A stretch of DNA of 64,000 nucleotides, from contig CAWKHF010000008.1 in the NCBI GenBank assembly GCA_963849325.1, positions 128,001 through 192,000 on the forward strand, written 5' to 3'. The notes under the pieces were generated by a model. It did no database searches, had not been told where the DNA came from, and worked only from the letters and a program-made list of their open reading frames with translations. Position numbers and translations under genes: made by a program. Of the stretch, positions 10,691-23,664 are shown in pieces; the stretch's first letter is position 1, and each line of letters begins with the position of its first letter. This stretch comes from an uncultured Planctomycetota bacterium. Lineage in GTDB: Bacteria > Planctomycetota > Planctomycetia > Gemmatales > Gemmataceae.

Positions 10691-10854
10691 AAAAATCCGA
10701 AATCCGAAATCCGAAATCCGAAAGAAATCTCGAAAGAAATCCGAAATGCAAAATTCAAATAGCCGAAACCGATCGATATCGATCGGTTTTGTGCTTTTGA
10801 TGATTCGCACTTTCGAGATTTCCTTCGGATTTCGGATTTCGGATTTCGGATTTT
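10691..10854. repeat. Long imperfect palindrome with heptamer tandem arms (AAATCCG)n / (CGGATTT)n
   Basis: About four heptamers per arm; perfect 24-bp central palindrome AAACCGATCGATATCGATCGGTTT at 10766-10789. Confidence 0.9.
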
Positions 10855-11320
10855 ACTCGTTGGCTCGTTCGACAGCCTCGATGTAGGCGAGGGCGCGGTC
10901 GAGTTCGCGTTTGCTTTGCCGGCTGCGCAAGAGAGAGCGTACGCGCAGCAGCAGTTCGGCCTTGTTGATCGGCTTGGACAGAAAATCGTCGGTGCCGGCC
11001 TCGACGGCGCGCTCGATGTCGCTGGGCTGATCGAGGGCGGTGATCATGAGGATGGCGATGTCGCGCGTGGCCGGGTCGCCGCGCAGGCGCTTGCACACCT
11101 CGAAGCCGCTGATGCGCGGCATCATAACGTCGAGCAGGATCAGGTCGGGGTGCCAGGCGGCGACGACTTGCAGCGTCTGTTCGCCGTCGCCGGCGCTGCG
11201 CAATTCGTAGTCGCTATCGCTCAGGTAGGCTTCGAGCAGCTCCGCCCCCAGCGGGTCATCGTCGGCGATGAGGACGCGCGGCGCGGGGCCGGATGGCGTA
11301 TTCGGGGCGTGAGGTTGCAT
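10853..11320 (-). CDS. Stand-alone receiver-domain response regulator
   Basis: VLIADDD, DLILLDVMMP, MITAL and DDFLSKP motifs. Confidence 0.9.
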   Translation of the reverse strand: MQPHAPNTPSGPAPRVLIADDDPLGAELLEAYLSDSDYELRSAGDGEQTLQVVAAWHPDLILLDVMMPRISGFEVCKRLRGDPATRDIAILMITALDQPSDIERAVEAGTDDFLSKPINKAELLLRVRSLLRSRQSKRELDRALAYIEAVERANE

Positions 11321-11441
11321 GCCCGCCTCCCTCGTTGAGGTCCGCCTCGACGGCTGCTCCCGACGCCGGGACGCCGCCAAACAGGGGCATTATAGCGACG
11401 CTTTGCGGACGATACGAGGGCGAGGCTGGGATGGCGAGGCA

Positions 11442-11920
11442 TCAACCCCGGCCAACGGGGAGCAGTTCGATGGCGTCGCCGACGTGGAGAATCCCTTCCT
11501 CCAGGACGTCGGCCCGGAACCCGCCACGGCCCTTGAGGGCATCGAACACCCCGGCCTCGGTGATGTGTTCCAGATAACCGCATGGGGCGCACGGCCGGAC
11601 GCCGCGGAAGACGGCGGTGCCGATGCGGAAGGTACGGTCTTTCAGGCTCTCCAGCTCAATACCGGCGGTGACGAGGTTGCGCCGGCTGCGGCCGTCACCC
11701 AGGTCGAGGCCGTGTTCGGCACGAACGGCGGTCAGGGCTTCTTCTTCAATCAACGACACCGCCCGTCCGCCGCCCGGCCAGCGCGAGAAGTTGCCACATC
11801 CCAGGAAGTAGCGATCACCTTCCAGCCCGCGGCCGGAACGGCCCGGACCTCGGCGATACTCACCAGAGGCGCACGGGCTACCGGTGCGGTCCAGATGCCA
11901 CGGAGGATACCGATTCCCAT
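11442..11920 (-). CDS. MOSC-domain protein; frameshift near 11830
   Basis: GLEGDRY, SRRNLVT, CAPCGYL, GRGGFRA and GDAI motifs. Confidence 0.8.
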
Positions 11921-11945
11921 AAGGTCCTCAAAGGCAGGTCTGCTT

Positions 11946-12143
11946 CTACGAGCGTCCTTCGGACGGTTTACGGCATCGCAATTCCTCCGGATTGGTCCGC
12001 GGCCCTTCCGGCACGATCATCGGTGTGTCCGCAACAGGGAAGATGTGTCCCAATATCCGGCCGGATTCATCGCATAACTCGATAGGCTGAGAGAGATCGG
12101 GAAGCATTCTCCGCAGCGTTTCATCAAGGATGACTTGCGTCAT
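11946..12143 (-). CDS. Small hypothetical protein
   Basis: 65-aa ORF with SD-like GGAGG; IELCDESGRILGH resembles small antitoxin-like planctomycete proteins. Confidence 0.5.
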   Translation of the reverse strand: MTQVILDETLRRMLPDLSQPIELCDESGRILGHIFPVADTPMIVPEGPRTNPEELRCRKPSEGRS

Positions 12144-13240
12144 GATTCAACCTCCGACCGAAAAGAGGATTCGTAGGCTCTCCCAAACGGGATTCTAATC
12201 GAAATCGACGTCGGCCGGCAAGCCAGTCGAGCGCTCACACCGGCAGCGATGCCGGCAGCACCGCGCGGATTGCTCAGGCAGTGCAGATTGACCGGGTTGC
12301 GCACGGGTTCGCCCAGGACGAGCCGGCGCGCCTCCTCGGCGCCTTTGCGGCGCATCTCGCGGAAGCCCTCGACCGAGTAGAACGCCGTGTGCGGCGTCAG
12401 CAGCACACGCGGATGTCGCCGCAAACGCTCGTCGTCGAGCGGTTCGCGCTCCACCACGTCGAGCGCGGCAAAGGCGACGTGGCCGGAATCGAGCGCGTCG
12501 CACAGCGCCGGCCCATCGACGCACGGGCCGCGCGCCGTGTTGACGACGTAGGCGCCGGCGGGCAGCTGGGCCAGCGTCGCGGCGTTGAGCAGGTGGTGCG
12601 TCTCGCGCGTCAGCGGGCAGTGCAGACTCAGAAACTCGGCGCGCGGCCACAGGTCCTCCAGGCGATGGACGCGCTCGATGCCGAGCGCCTTGTCCAGGCC
12701 ATCGGGCTTGTAGGGATCGTAAAAGACGACATTCATGCCGAGCGATTTGGCGCGGAGGGCCATCGCCGTGCCGATGCGGCCGCAGCCGACGAGGGCGAGC
12801 GTGCGGCCGCGCAGGCGCGGCGTGCCGAAGACCGTGGTCATGTCCCAGTTGCCGGCGCGGATGGCTTGATGGGCGAGGACCAGTCGGCGAGCCAGGGCCA
12901 GAAGCAGCATCAGAGCGTGATCGGCGACCTCCTCGGTGCCGTAGTCGGGCACGTTGCAGACGACGATGCCGTGCCGCCCCGCCGCGTGCAGATCGACGTT
13001 ATCGTAGCCGACGCCGGCCCGCACGATGCCGCGGCAGCGCCGCAGCGCGGCGAGGGTCGCTTCGCCGAGCTTGATGGTGTGAAAGACCAGCAGGGCGTCG
13101 GCCTCGGCGGCGGCGCGGGCCACGTCGCGCTCGTCGTCGGTTTGCAGCAGCCGCACCTCGGCCACCGCGTCGAGGATGTCGCGCTCGACGCCGATTTCCG
13201 CCAGATGATCGGTCACGACAACCAGGGGTCGATTCTTCAT
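12140..13240 (-). CDS. D-isomer 2-hydroxyacid dehydrogenase (CtBP-like); C-terminal limit uncertain
   Basis: GVGYDNVD, NVPDYGTEEVADHA, GCGRIG, HCPLT, NTARG and TPHTAFYS motifs. Confidence 0.9.
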   Translation of the reverse strand: MKNRPLVVVTDHLAEIGVERDILDAVAEVRLLQTDDERDVARAAAEADALLVFHTIKLGEATLAALRRCRGIVRAGVGYDNVDLHAAGRHGIVVCNVPDYGTEEVADHALMLLLALARRLVLAHQAIRAGNWDMTTVFGTPRLRGRTLALVGCGRIGTAMALRAKSLGMNVVFYDPYKPDGLDKALGIERVHRLEDLWPRAEFLSLHCPLTRETHHLLNAATLAQLPAGAYVVNTARGPCVDGPALCDALDSGHVAFAALDVVEREPLDDERLRRHPRVLLTPHTAFYSVEGFREMRRKGAEEARRLVLGEPVRNPVNLHCLSNPRGAAGIAAGVSARLACRPTSISIRIPFGRAYESSFRSEVES

Positions 13241-13467
13241 CAAAGGTCGTTCTCCTCCGTTTGTCGGGCAATGGGCCTATCTTATAGCAAGCCGGTTGAA
13301 GGCATGAGGAATCGGCCGCCTCTAAACTCTTGTTCACATTGCCAGTTATCGGTACAGTACCGAAGGCTCGCCAAGCCGAGTCTACGTTGGCCGCTCATCC
13401 CAGCGTGTTTTCGGCAAGAGCGGCGTGTCGAGGCACCGGAACGATCGGATTCGCTGGAGGATTCGCC

Positions 13468-14199
13468 ATGCCCATCCACGATTGGACGCGCGTCCGTCCC
13501 AATCGCTTCCACGATTTCCATCAAAGATGGACGGTGGCCATCCGCAATGCGCTCAACGCCGGCCAACTGCCGCCCGGCTACTTCGCCATGGTCGAGCAAA
13601 AGACGGGCGGTCCCGAGCCGGATGTCGTTACCCTCGCCCTCGCCCCACCGAGCCATCCTGCGTCCGGAGGGATAGCCATCGACCTCCAGCCGCCGAAGGC
13701 CCGGTTCGTGATGCGCTCCGAAGCCGCGACCTACGCCCGCAAGGCCAACCGCATCACGATCCGGCACCCCGACGGCGACGTGGTGGCGGTCCTGAAGATC
13801 GTTTCCCCGGGGAACAAGGACAGCCGCCATGCTCTGCGTACCTTTGCCCGCAAGGCGGTCGAGTTCCTCGAAGCCGGAATACATCTGTTGATCGTGGATC
13901 TGTTTCCTCCCGGCCGCCGTGATCCGCAGGGCGTCCACAAGGTCATCTGGGACCGCCTGCGCGACGAGCCGTTCGCGCTGCCGCCGGACAAGCCGCTGAC
14001 GGTGGCGGCCTACGCCGTCGGCACCGAGACGGTCGCTTACGTCGAGCCAGTCGCCGTCGGCGATGCCTTGCCCGACATGCCCCTCTTCCTGACGGCGAAT
14101 CGCTATGTGCCGTGCCCGCTGGAGGCGACCTACCAGACGGCCTGGGAGCAATTTCCGGCGCCTTTGCGACAACCTTTGGAGTTACCGCCGGCGCCGTGA
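13468..14199 (+). CDS. DUF4058-like (Uma2/PD-(D/E)XK-like) protein
   Basis: MPIHDWTRV...FHDFHQ, EPDV, IVSPGNK and LPDMPLFL, typical of this planctomycete family. Confidence 0.8.
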   Translation: MPIHDWTRVRPNRFHDFHQRWTVAIRNALNAGQLPPGYFAMVEQKTGGPEPDVVTLALAPPSHPASGGIAIDLQPPKARFVMRSEAATYARKANRITIRHPDGDVVAVLKIVSPGNKDSRHALRTFARKAVEFLEAGIHLLIVDLFPPGRRDPQGVHKVIWDRLRDEPFALPPDKPLTVAAYAVGTETVAYVEPVAVGDALPDMPLFLTANRYVPCPLEATYQTAWEQFPAPLRQPLELPPAP

Positions 14200-14307
14200 G
14201 CGCCGCGATCCCGACCTCGGCCGAGCAGGCCGCTTGCTTGCGTTTTGACGGAGCGACGGCTAAGTTAACCTCCGTGGTGTCCGTCGCCTCCGCCGAGAAC
14301 GTCCGCC

Positions 14308-16967
14308 ATGAAAAAGCACCTGCTCGCTTGCCTGTTCGTCCTCGCTGGCGCCGCGCTCGCTTCGGCCGCGTCGCCCTCCTTGAAGGAGGCGCGCCAGCGC
14401 TGGCTGCACGGCAACTACGGCGAGGCCCGCGAGCAGTACGAGGCGCTCGCCAAGGACGCCAAGCTGCGCCCCGCCGCCACCGTCGGACTCAGCCGAGCGC
14501 TCGAAAGCGAGGGCGAATACGACAAGGCACTCGACGCCGTCGAGTCCGCCCTGAAGGATGCTCCGAAGGACGCCGGTCTGCTGGCCCGCCAGGCGGAACT
14601 GCTGTATCGACGCGGCCGCTGGGACGAGGCCGAGAAAGCCGCCAACGCCGCCCTCGACGCCGACAAGAATCAGTTCCTCGCCCGCTGGGTGCGCGTCTGC
14701 GTCTACCGCGATCGCGGCGACATGAAGAAGGCCGACGCCGAGTGCAAGGGGTTCGTCCGCACCTACACCCAGCGCGATCAGAACGACGATCCCATCAAGG
14801 ATCCCGAGGAGCTGGTGCTGGTCGGCCTGGCCGGCGCCGAGAACGCGCGCTGGAACAACTTGCCCGATCAGTTCACCTTCATCCTGCAGGACGTCTACGG
14901 CGACGCCATCAAGTACGACAAGGCGTACTGGCCGGCCGAGTATCAGGCCGGCCTGTTGCTGCTGGAGAAGTACAACCGGCCCGAGGCGCTGGCCGCGTTC
15001 GACAAGGCGCTGACGATCAACGCCAGCGCCGCCGAGGCGCTCGCCGCCAAGGGCACGGCGGCGCTGATGCAGCTTCGAGATCAAGGAAGCCGAACGATTG
15101 GCCGAGCAGGCGCTGAACATCAATCCGAAACTGCCCGAAGCGCTGCGCCTGCGGGCCGACGTGTACCTGGCCACCGGCGACGCGGCCGCCGCCCTCAAGG
15201 AGCTGGAGCAGGCCCGCAAGGTCAATCCGCGCGACGAGCGCACCCTCGGCCGCATCGCCGCCTGTCTCACTCTGCAGCGCAAGAAGGACGACCTGGCCGC
15301 GCTGACGAAGGAGGTGGAAAAGTTCGACTCGAAGCCGGCCTCGTTTTACTTCGAGATGGGCGAACGGCTGGAGGAGCGCCGCTACTTCGACGAGGCGGAG
15401 ACGTGCTTCCGCAAGGCGGCCGAGCTGCGGCCCAACGTGCCGGGTGCGCTCAACAGCCTCGGCCAGCTCTACATGCGCATGGGACGCGAGAACGAAGGCG
15501 CGCGAAACGCTCGATCGAGCCTTCAAGGCCGATCCGTTCAACGTCCGCGTCTCCAACCTGCGCAAGGTGCTCCGCCACCTCGAAAAGTACGAGACGCTAA
15601 GACCGATCACTTCGAGCTGCGCTACGACCCGAAGAACGATGCCGTGCTGGCCCACTACATGGCCCCGTACCTGGAAGCGATCTACGCCGACCTGGCCGAG
15701 AAGTTCGAGTATCGGCCGAAGGGGCCGATCCTCATCGAGGTCTTCAACAACCACGAGATGTTCAGCGGCCGGACGATCGCCCTGCCGGACCTGCACACCA
15801 TCGGCGCCTGCACCGGCCGGATGATCGCCATGGCTTCGCCTCATGGCCGGGGCATCGCCAAGCCGTTCAACTGGGGCCGCGTCCTCCGTCACGAGCTGGT
15901 CCACATTTTCAACCTCGAACAGACGCATTTCCTCGTGCCGCACTGGCTGACCGAAGGGCTGGCGGTCAGCAACGAGGGTTTCGCCCGGCCGCCGTTGTGG
16001 AACCAACTGCTGCTCGAACGCGTGCCGGCCGGCAAGCTGATGAACCTCGACAACATCGACCTCGGTTTCATCCGGCCGCGCGGGCCGGAGGAGTGGCACC
16101 TGGCGTACTGCCAGAGCCAGATGTACGTCGATTACATCAAGGCCAAGTACGGCGCCGCGTCCGTCGGCCGGATGCTGGCGGCCTACCGCGACGGCCTGGG
16201 CACGGCGGAAGTGATTGAGCGTGTGTGCAAGGTGGACAAGGCGGACGTTCGAGAAGGGCTACCGCGCCTTCCTCGACGAAGCGGTCAAGCCGCTGCAGAA
16301 GGGCAAGCCGGCCGAGAAGAAGCAGACGCTGGCCGAGCTGAAGGCGGCTTACGAGAAGAACGACGACCTGGAAGCCGCCGCCGAGTTGGCCGTGCGCTAC
16401 CTCGAACGCGATCGCGTGCAGGCGCGCAAGCTGGCCGAGAAAGTGCTGGATCGCAAGCGGAACCATCCCAAGGCGACCTATGTACTGGCTCGCCTGGAAC
16501 GACTGGCCGGCAACGTCAAGCGCGAGCGCACTCTGCTCGAAGATGCGCTGCGCAAGGACGATCCCGATCCGCGCGTCCTGCTGGCGCTGGGCAAAATCTA
16601 CTACGATGCGAAGGAGTTCGACAAGGCCGAGGAGATGTTCGAGCGGGGCCGCAAGGCCGAGCCGTTCGAGCCGAGCTGGCTGATGCAGCTGGCCCGCGTC
16701 TACGCTCAGAAGGACGACAAAGCCGGAGCTTATCGGCGTGCTCAAGGAGTTGGTGCAAGACCGACGCGGACGAGCTGGAGCAGCGGCTGCGTCTGGCTCG
16801 ACTGCTGCTGGAGAGCGGACAGGCCGCAGCAGCCGAGACGTATGCACGGCAGGCGATGGAGATCGACGTGCGCAGCAAGGAAGGACGCGACGCTGTTGCT
16901 GAAGGCGCTGACGGAACAGAAGAAGGACGAGGAAGCGACGAAGATCCGCGAGCTTCTGGAGAAGTAG
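14308..16967 (+). CDS. Exported TPR protein with a gluzincin-type metallopeptidase domain; several frameshifts
   Basis: Signal peptide, many TPRs, RVLRHELVH...HWLTEGLAV (HExxH plus downstream EG). Confidence 0.8.
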
Positions 16968-17032
16968 GCGAACGGCCGGCGTAAGCCGGCTGGTTTTGGC
17001 CCGCACCAGCCGGCTTACGCCGGCCGTTCGCC
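16967..17032. repeat. REP-like palindrome
   Basis: GGCGAACGGCCGGCGTAAGCCGGCTGG / CCAGCCGGCTTACGCCGGCCGTTCGCC. Confidence 0.85.
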
Positions 17033-17059
17033 TTTGCAATGCGGTATTTGTGGTGAAGC

Positions 17060-17365
17060 ATGTCCTTTTCCCTCGCACAATTGCAGGAAATCATTCGTAG
17101 CACCTATGACGCCAAGGACCGGCGGCGCGGCGTCGAGGGTACGTTCATGTGGTTCATGGAGGAAGTCGGCGAGCTGGCGGCGGCGCTGCGCAGCGGCAGC
17201 GACGCCGAGCGTGCGGCGGAGTTCGCCGACGTGCTGGCCTGGCTGGCGACGCTGGCCAACATCGCCGGCGTCGATCTGGAAGCGGCCGTGCAGGCCAAGT
17301 ACGGCGGCGGTTGCCCCGGCTGCCGGCGCAGTCCCTGTGTGTGCGATCAGACGGAGAAACCGTGA
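17060..17365 (+). CDS. MazG-like nucleotide pyrophosphohydrolase
   Basis: WFMEEVGELA...EFADVLAWL; C-terminal CPGC..PCVC. Confidence 0.85.
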   Translation: MSFSLAQLQEIIRSTYDAKDRRRGVEGTFMWFMEEVGELAAALRSGSDAERAAEFADVLAWLATLANIAGVDLEAAVQAKYGGGCPGCRRSPCVCDQTEKP

Positions 17366-19825
17366 CGTCGAGAAGTCGAATACGCCCGGCGAGCGGGGGC
17401 GTCAGCCCCCTGTTGCTTCTTCCAACAGGGGGCTGACGCCCCCCGCTCGCCGCGGCGTTCTCCTCTTCTTCCTCATCGGGTTCCTTACCGCGCCCGCCTG
17501 GGCCGCCGCGCCTCCGCACATCCAGGAACCCGTGCGCATCGGCTGGCCCGGCGGCAAGGCGGCGGCCAGTCGCGCAACGGCGTGTGGACGCCGGTGCAGA
17601 TCACGCTCAAGGCCGGGGCCGAGGACGTTACGCCGGGCAACTATCGCGTCGTCGTCGAAACCGCCGACGGCGAGGCCGTGCCTTACCGCTATGCCGTGCC
17701 GGTGCCGGCCATCGCAGCCAATAGCGAACAGATCGTGTTCGCCTACGTTCGGCCGGGCAGCACCGGCGGTACCTTCACCGTCATCTGCGGGACAACGAGA
17801 GGCAGGACGTGCAGACGATCGCCTCTCTGCAGCGCGACCCCAGCGCGCCGAAGAGCGAGGTACTCGAACCGCGCGACGTGCTGTATCTGACGATCGGCTC
17901 GCGTCTGCCGGCGCTGAAGCAAGCGCTGAAGCATCCCGAGCAGCCGGCCGCGGCCGGCGAGGTCGCCGAGGACCAGGAGGACGGCGGCGCCCAGCGCTTC
18001 GCCGCCATCGAGAATGTCGCCGCCCTGCCCGATCGCTGGTTCGGCTACGAGGCCGTGGACGTCGTTCTGCTGACCACGGCCAGCGATAGCTTCGTCAATC
18101 AGCTGTTGGAGATGAACAAGGCGCGGCGCGACGCCCTGCTCGACTGGGTGCGGCGCGGCGGCAAGCTCGTGCTGTCGGTCGGACGCAATCAGCAGGCCGT
18201 GGCTCGCTGGCTGGACAAGGTGCCGCTGATCGACGTTACCTTCCAGGGCAAGGTCACGCGCGCGTCGCTGCCGAGCGTCAAGACGTGGAGCGGCGCCGAG
18301 GCGGCGCAGAAACAGCCGCTGCGTCCGGTCGAAATCGCCTGCGTCCAGCCAGGCCCCAACACCTTCGCACTCGTCTGGGAAGATCCGGCGGCCGGCGACC
18401 TCGAAAAGAGGCCGATCATTTTGCAGGCCGGCTGCGGCCTGGGCCGCGTCCTCCTCGTCGCCTTCGACCTCGACGCGCCGCCGTTCTCGACCTGGGAGGG
18501 ACAGGTCGCGTTCTGGAAGAAATTGCAGGGCGAGCTGATGCCCGCGCCGCACGCGGCCCAGGACAATCCGCCGCCGGGTGGACTAACCGGACCGCGCGAG
18601 CGAGCTAGGCTCCGAACTCAAGCACAGCCTGGAGAGCTTCGAGGAGGTGCCCGTCATCTCCTTCGGCTGGGTCGCCCTGTTCATCCTCTTCTACATCGTC
18701 CTGGTCGGCCCGCTCGACTATCTCATCCTCAAGAAACTGTTCAAGCGCCTCGAATGGACGTGGATCACCTTCCCGGTGATGGTGCTGCTCGTCAGCGTGG
18801 CGGCGTACGCGACGGCGTACTACTTCAAGGGCGACGACCTGCGCATCAACAAGATCGACCTGGTGGAGATCGACCTGGAGGGTCCGGGGCAGGTGTACGG
18901 CACGAGTTGGTTCACGCTGTTCAGTCCGCGCATCCAGAACTACACGGTTGGCCTGGAGCCGGTCGCGCCGGAGTGGGGCGGTCGCTGGGACGACAATGAC
19001 GCCGACGCGCCGGTACCGCCGGTGATGACGGCGACGCTGGATGGGCCGGAGCCGAGCCTGGGCGGCAGCGCGCCGGGCCTGTTTCGCCAGCCCTACGAGT
19101 ACGCCGAGGACGCCGGTGGACTGCGGCGCGTGCCGATCCCGGTATGGGCGACGCGCACCTTCACGTCCTCCTGGCGCGTGCCCCTGAAGGACCGCCAGGC
19201 GCCCGACCGTCCGCCGCCGCTGCAAGCGGAGCTGCGCATCAGCCGCGACGGCAAGGCGCTGAGCGGGGCCGTCGTCAACAACTTGCCGGCGGAGCTGCAA
19301 GGGACCATCTTATTCTTCCAGGGCCAGTGGTATCTGCTGGGCGACCTGGTGCCCGGCGAGACGCGCGAGGTTGGCCCCTTGTTCGAGCGCAACGTCAAGA
19401 GGCACGTCCTGGCCGAGTGGTTCAGCGATCCGGCCGTGCTGCAACCGCGCTTCGGCTCGATGCCGGTCGGGCAGCAGCGTTCATTCCTGCTCCAGTCGTC
19501 GTATCGGCCGTTGCGTTCGCTGCTGTGGCACGACCTCGGCGGCGAGGGGCAGCCCAACAGCGGCCTGCGCTCTCTCGATGAAAGCTGGCGTCTGCTGCCA
19601 CAGGGCGAAGGAGCGCAGCGGCGTTACCGCGATGAGGTCGTGCTGGTCGCGCGCACGCCGCCGCGCATCGACCGGGCCGAGACCGTCACGCAGGACGGCG
19701 TCTCGCCGACGCGCCTGTGGCTGGATGAATTGCCAGGTGCCCGGCCGCAGCGGCCGGCGCTGTCCGGCTTCCTCCAGCAAGAGACGTATGTACGTATTTA
19801 TGTCCCCTTAACTCGATCTCGTTAG
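17362..19825 (+). CDS. Large membrane protein with an extracytoplasmic domain; several frameshifts; start uncertain
   Basis: Signal-like segment; LPDRWFGYEAVDVVLL, DWVRRGGKLV and GLGRV motifs; TM pair FILFYIVLVGPLDY...TWITFP. Confidence 0.7.
17388..17451. repeat. REP-like palindrome, GAGCGGGGGCGTCAGCC family
   Basis: Inverted arms matching 5639..5696. Confidence 0.85.
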
Positions 19826-19863
19826 ACGCCAAGCCGCAATCGGCCAAAGGGGGAATTGTCGCC

Positions 19864-20798
19864 ATGATTGAAACGCGCGACCTGACCAAGATGTACGGCG
19901 AGCTGTACGCCCTCAACCGGCTGACGCTGAAGCTGGAGCGCGGCGACGTGTACGGCTTCATCGGCCCCAACGGCGCCGGCAAGACGACGACCATGCGCAT
20001 CCTGGCGACGCTGCTCAATCCGACCTGGGGCGAGGCGACGGTGTGCGGCTACTCGATTTACAACAACGCCAAGGAGATTCGCCGCCTGATGGGCTACATG
20101 CCGGACTTCTTCGGCGTCTACGACGACATGAAGGTTACGGAATATCTCGAATTCTTCGCCGCCGCCTACCGCATCAAGGGTCCGGAGCGCCGCCGCAAGG
20201 TCGATCAGGTGCTCGACCTGGTGGATCTCGGCTACAAGCGCGACGCCCTGGTGACGAGCCTGTCGCGCGGCATGACGCAGCGCCTGGGGCTGGCGCGCGT
20301 GCTGCTGCACGAGCCGCAGGTGTTGCTCCTGGACGAGCCGGCCAGCGGTCTCGATCCGCGCGCCGCATCGAGATGCGCGGCCTGCTCAAGGAGCTGCGCA
20401 GCATGGGCAAGACGATCCTGGTCTCCAGCCACATCCTGCCGGAGTTGGCCGACATCTGCAACAAGATCGGCATCATCGAGCGCGGCCAGCTCTTGTTCAA
20501 TGGCGACGTGCAGTCGGCCATCCGGCAGGTGCGCCAGCACACCGTCTACTTCGTCGCTGTCGCCGCCGGCCAACGTGACAAGGCCGGCGAGCTGCTCGAA
20601 GCGCACGTCGACATCCTCAAGGTCGAGCCGCGCGAGGAGGACGACTGCCTGCGCGTCACGCTCAACGACGGCGTCCACGACGGCAGTTTCATCCCGGAGC
20701 TGCTGCTGCAAAACGGTCTGCGACTGAAGATGTTCAAGGAAGAAGAGATCGATCTCGAAGACGTGTTCATGGGCATCACGAAGGGCATCACCAATTAA
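19864..20798 (+). CDS. ABC transporter ATP-binding protein; frameshift near 20360
   Basis: GPNGAGKTT, LSRGMTQR, LLLDEP and SSHIL motifs. Confidence 0.92.
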
Positions 20799-20921
20799 CC
20801 ACAGATGAACACAGATGAACACGGATAAGAAAAAATAACGACAATACACTCAGCCAATCCATTTCTATTCATTTCAATAATGTTCTTATCCGTGTTCATC
20901 TGTGTTCATCTGTGGTTAATT
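20793..20921. repeat. Inverted repeat with 10-bp tandem units around an AT-rich spacer
   Basis: AATTAACCACAGATGAACACAGATGAACACGGATAAGAA and its exact reverse complement. Confidence 0.9.
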
Positions 20922-20938
20922 ATTTTTCGGGGAGTGCC

Positions 20939-21925
<987 letters not shown>

Positions 21926-21937
21926 TCCGGAGCCTCG

Positions 21938-22001
21938 GTTAGCCGCGACGCGCAGCGGAGCGCAGGACAAACCCGCGCTCCGCTGCGCGTCGCGGCTAAA
22001 C
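21938..22001. repeat. REP-like palindrome, TTTAGCCGCGACG family
   Basis: Matches the 9434 copy; follows the galE stop. Confidence 0.9.
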
Positions 22002-22044
22002 GGACAAGCGTTGATGTGACCTCGTATCTCGAAGGACTTCACCC

Positions 22045-23647
22045 ATGCGACGCGGCACGGCAATCCTGGCCTTGGTCTTCTTGCTGGCGGCGCTGGTCTC
22101 CGTCGAGGCGAGGCCGCTGCCTACCCGGTCGGTGCGCGAGCTGACTCTGCACGCCGAGACGATCGTGCTGGCCGAGCCTGCCGCGGGGGCGGGCGACCTG
22201 ACACGCTTCAAGGTGGTGGAGGTGATGCGCGGCCGCGGCATCCGGCCGGGCGATACCTTCCTCCTCGATCCGGCAGCGCACCGAGATGCGCGTGTATGAG
22301 CCGGAACAGCAATCGAAGGAGAAGGACAAGCCGCCCCGCGTCGCGCAGGCGCTGCTCTTTCTCGGCCCCAACCGCGGCACACGCGAACAGCCTCGCTTCG
22401 AGCCGATCGGTTCCGGCGTGCGCTTGTGGACGGAAGACCGCACTCTCCTTGTGCCCGTGCAGGTCCGCAACCCCGGTCCTTACTGGTTGACCGTTCAGCG
22501 GGACGTCGATTGGTCCGAGCTGGTACGTCAGGCTCGCGCCGACGCCGCGGCCATTGAGGATCTGTTCGCGCGGAAACAGCTGCGTCCCCTCAACCGCCGC
22601 AATCGAGCGCTGCTGGACTGGGTTCGGCATCATCGGCACGAGTTCGGCGCTCCCACCACGACGGAGCATCCCGACCGGGCGGCGCAGGGCTGGGGGCACC
22701 TGGAGACGGAGATTTTTCAGTGGGTGCTCGATACCTGCGAACCGGCGGACGGCTGGCCGGCGGTCAAGCTCTACGCCGAACTGAATCGCGGGACCAATCC
22801 GCCACTGCACGAGCCGGCCTTCGGCATGGCGCGGGGGCGGGCCTTGCTGTTGCGGGTAGCGACGGCCAACGACGTTCTCGAAGGCGACCGTGTCCGTGCC
22901 CTGGATTTGCTGGGCCATCCCTTCACTCTCTGGGCCGGACCCCTGGAGCGGCTTCCGCAGGTTCAACCGCTCGACGCCAGGGAGCAGATGGAATTGCTCG
23001 ACCGTCTGACGCCGCTGCTGGCCACGCCGTCGGCGCCGCTGCGTGCGGCCGCCGCTGCCGCCATCCGCCGCGCCAGCATTCCCGATGTCCTCCCCGACAC
23101 GCATCCCCATAGCCGCCGCGCCTTGCCGGACCTGGTGAAGGCGTATCGCGCCGAGCCGCCGGGCGAGGCGCGCGACGAGTTGGCCGAAGCGGTGTGCGTC
23201 GTCGGCGGGCCGAAACACTGGCAGGAGTTGACCGGCAATCCGCCCCGCGTGCTGGTCCGTCTGCGCGGCCTGGAGCGACGCGAGCCGCTGGTCTACTTCT
23301 GGCTGAACCTCCTGCCGTGCGGCCAGGCGGTTTACGAGTGTCCCACGCTGCGGCTGGAACGGCTCGACAAGGCGAACAAGGTGGCCGAGATGAAACAGAT
23401 CCCGCTGCCGGTGGTCCATAAAGACAAGGCGTGGGGCGTGGGTTGGGACGGCGACTCGCTGCTGTTCGTGCAGTTCGCGGTGCAAGATTTCAAGCCGGGC
23501 ACCTGGCGCGTGACGGTCCAGGGCACGGCGGGCAAGGACAAAGACAAGCAAAAGTGGGTATCCGAGCCGAAGACATTCGTAATTGAGCCGCCGCCCAAGC
23601 CCAAGGACGAGCGGCCTCATTACGGCAAGAAAGAGATAGCGAAATAG
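22045..23647 (+). CDS. Exported hypothetical protein; frameshift near 22285
   Basis: Signal peptide ORF 22045..22299 joins the 453-aa ORF; HEAT-like helical middle region. Confidence 0.65.
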
Positions 23648-23664
23648 CCGCCCGAGGGAATCTC

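Noticed and set aside
10688-10810. N-terminal extension of the RlmI-like ORF (RISDFGFRI) and ORF 10686..10886
   Set aside because: These are translations of the heptamer repeat; the likely start is 10687.
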